Assembly (NCBI RefSeq): GCF_902652985.1
Contig: NC_047025.1
Coordinates: 30,814,001 to 30,878,000, forward strand
Origin: Pecten maximus
Lineage: Eukaryota
Length of the DNA: 64,000 bases
Direction of reading: 5' to 3'
Position numbers and translations under genes: made by a program. The notes under the pieces are model-generated. The model ran no database searches, had not been told where the DNA came from, and saw only the letters and a program-made list of their open reading frames with translations. Position 1 is the stretch's first letter, and each line of letters starts with the position of its first letter. Shown in pieces: positions 63,012-64,000 of the stretch.

Positions 63012-64000
63012 ATCACAACCTCAACTCGGTAACATCAGGACAGCTCAAAACGTTTAAAACATCCAAATTCAGTTCCAACTTTCAACGAATTTTCTAAAGA
63101 ATTATTTGCTCAAAAGAAGCTTATTGATTAACCATACAATGTTGCATATTGCGACTCAACTGAACATCATCCAGCTTCAATATTGATACCCCTGGGACTC
63201 GGCACAATGAAACTCTGGAGAACTCTTTCTGACGTAATCCTGTGCACAAAATGTTGCTGTGGCGACAACCACGCAGAAGGCACGCGCAGTTCCACGAGCA
63301 AATTGGTCGGTTATGTTAGAGGACAATCGGTATAAGAAGTTATTAATATAACCTTGCTGACAATTTCATCTTTCTCCCTCTATGTAAGAGATAGTCCCCA
63401 AACACGGATGAGGTACTGTTGACGATAACTTCTTACACTCGGAGGAATGTACCGTCTGGTTGAACACTATTTGTATTGGTTGTAAAATTCCATTGAAGGA
63501 GAATCTGGTCATAAAAACACTGACCAAACAGTCGCCAACAGGAGTTATCGCATCACTATAATTTTAGACTTCCGGTTATACTCCCACGTGAGGTGTACTC
63601 GTGTTTATGATTGATAACTCTCCTATCGCCATCTAATACGGCTTAACGACACACAGAGATAAAACTTAGGGGAAGATATGATAATTATATAATGATATAC
63701 ACTGCACTCAAATCAGATCGAGAAGAAAGTGAACCCATAGATATTTCAAATAACTAAACTTCATATAAATGGTCTTTAACTATTACAGTCGTGCTGTTTT
63801 AAGCCTGGTTCATTTAACAACAGCATATAAATGTTATTTTAAAAAAATGTCTTTACTAACTTATTAAAGTTTGAAATTAAGTATATAAAGAATGATATTC
63901 ATAAATGACAACAAAAAACATATTAAAAGTTGTTCAGGTATTAGGATAAGTTTTTATGATCAGTTAAGATAACAGATTTAAAATCCGGGCACTGTCAACA

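Overview
AT-rich, intron-containing animal genomic DNA. The repeat inventory (HINE, tRNA-derived SINEs with (CCAAA)n tails, CR1-group LINEs) suggests a mollusc, probably a bivalve; this is an inference. Host genes: 5' part of an hnRNP C/RALY-like gene (-), an Mpv17/PMP22-family gene (+), a beta-1,3-galactosyltransferase (+), a complete 16-exon METTL3 m6A methyltransferase (+, 32110-53174, about 567 aa) and a 4-exon Rab-like GTPase (-) with Val in place of the catalytic Gln. The standout lies in the 10.7-kb METTL3 intron 10. A Helentron-type HINE there is interrupted by an 8.6-kb foreign segment (39377-47957). This segment carries about 30 full or half copies of a 40-bp palindrome (TGCAATTATGTAACGAATTC-GAATTCGTTACATAATTGCA) that bound ~174-bp units of alternating orientation. 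It also carries a small orphan ORF and a gene for a 2x C2H2 zinc-finger + tyrosine recombinase, which in this copy is frameshifted, has the catalytic Arg mutated and is truncated. A second theme is tandem repeats made from the genes' own splice junctions, most strikingly ~38 copies of METTL3's last 3' splice site, nearly all also carrying a GT and AATAAA. All coordinates were read by hand.
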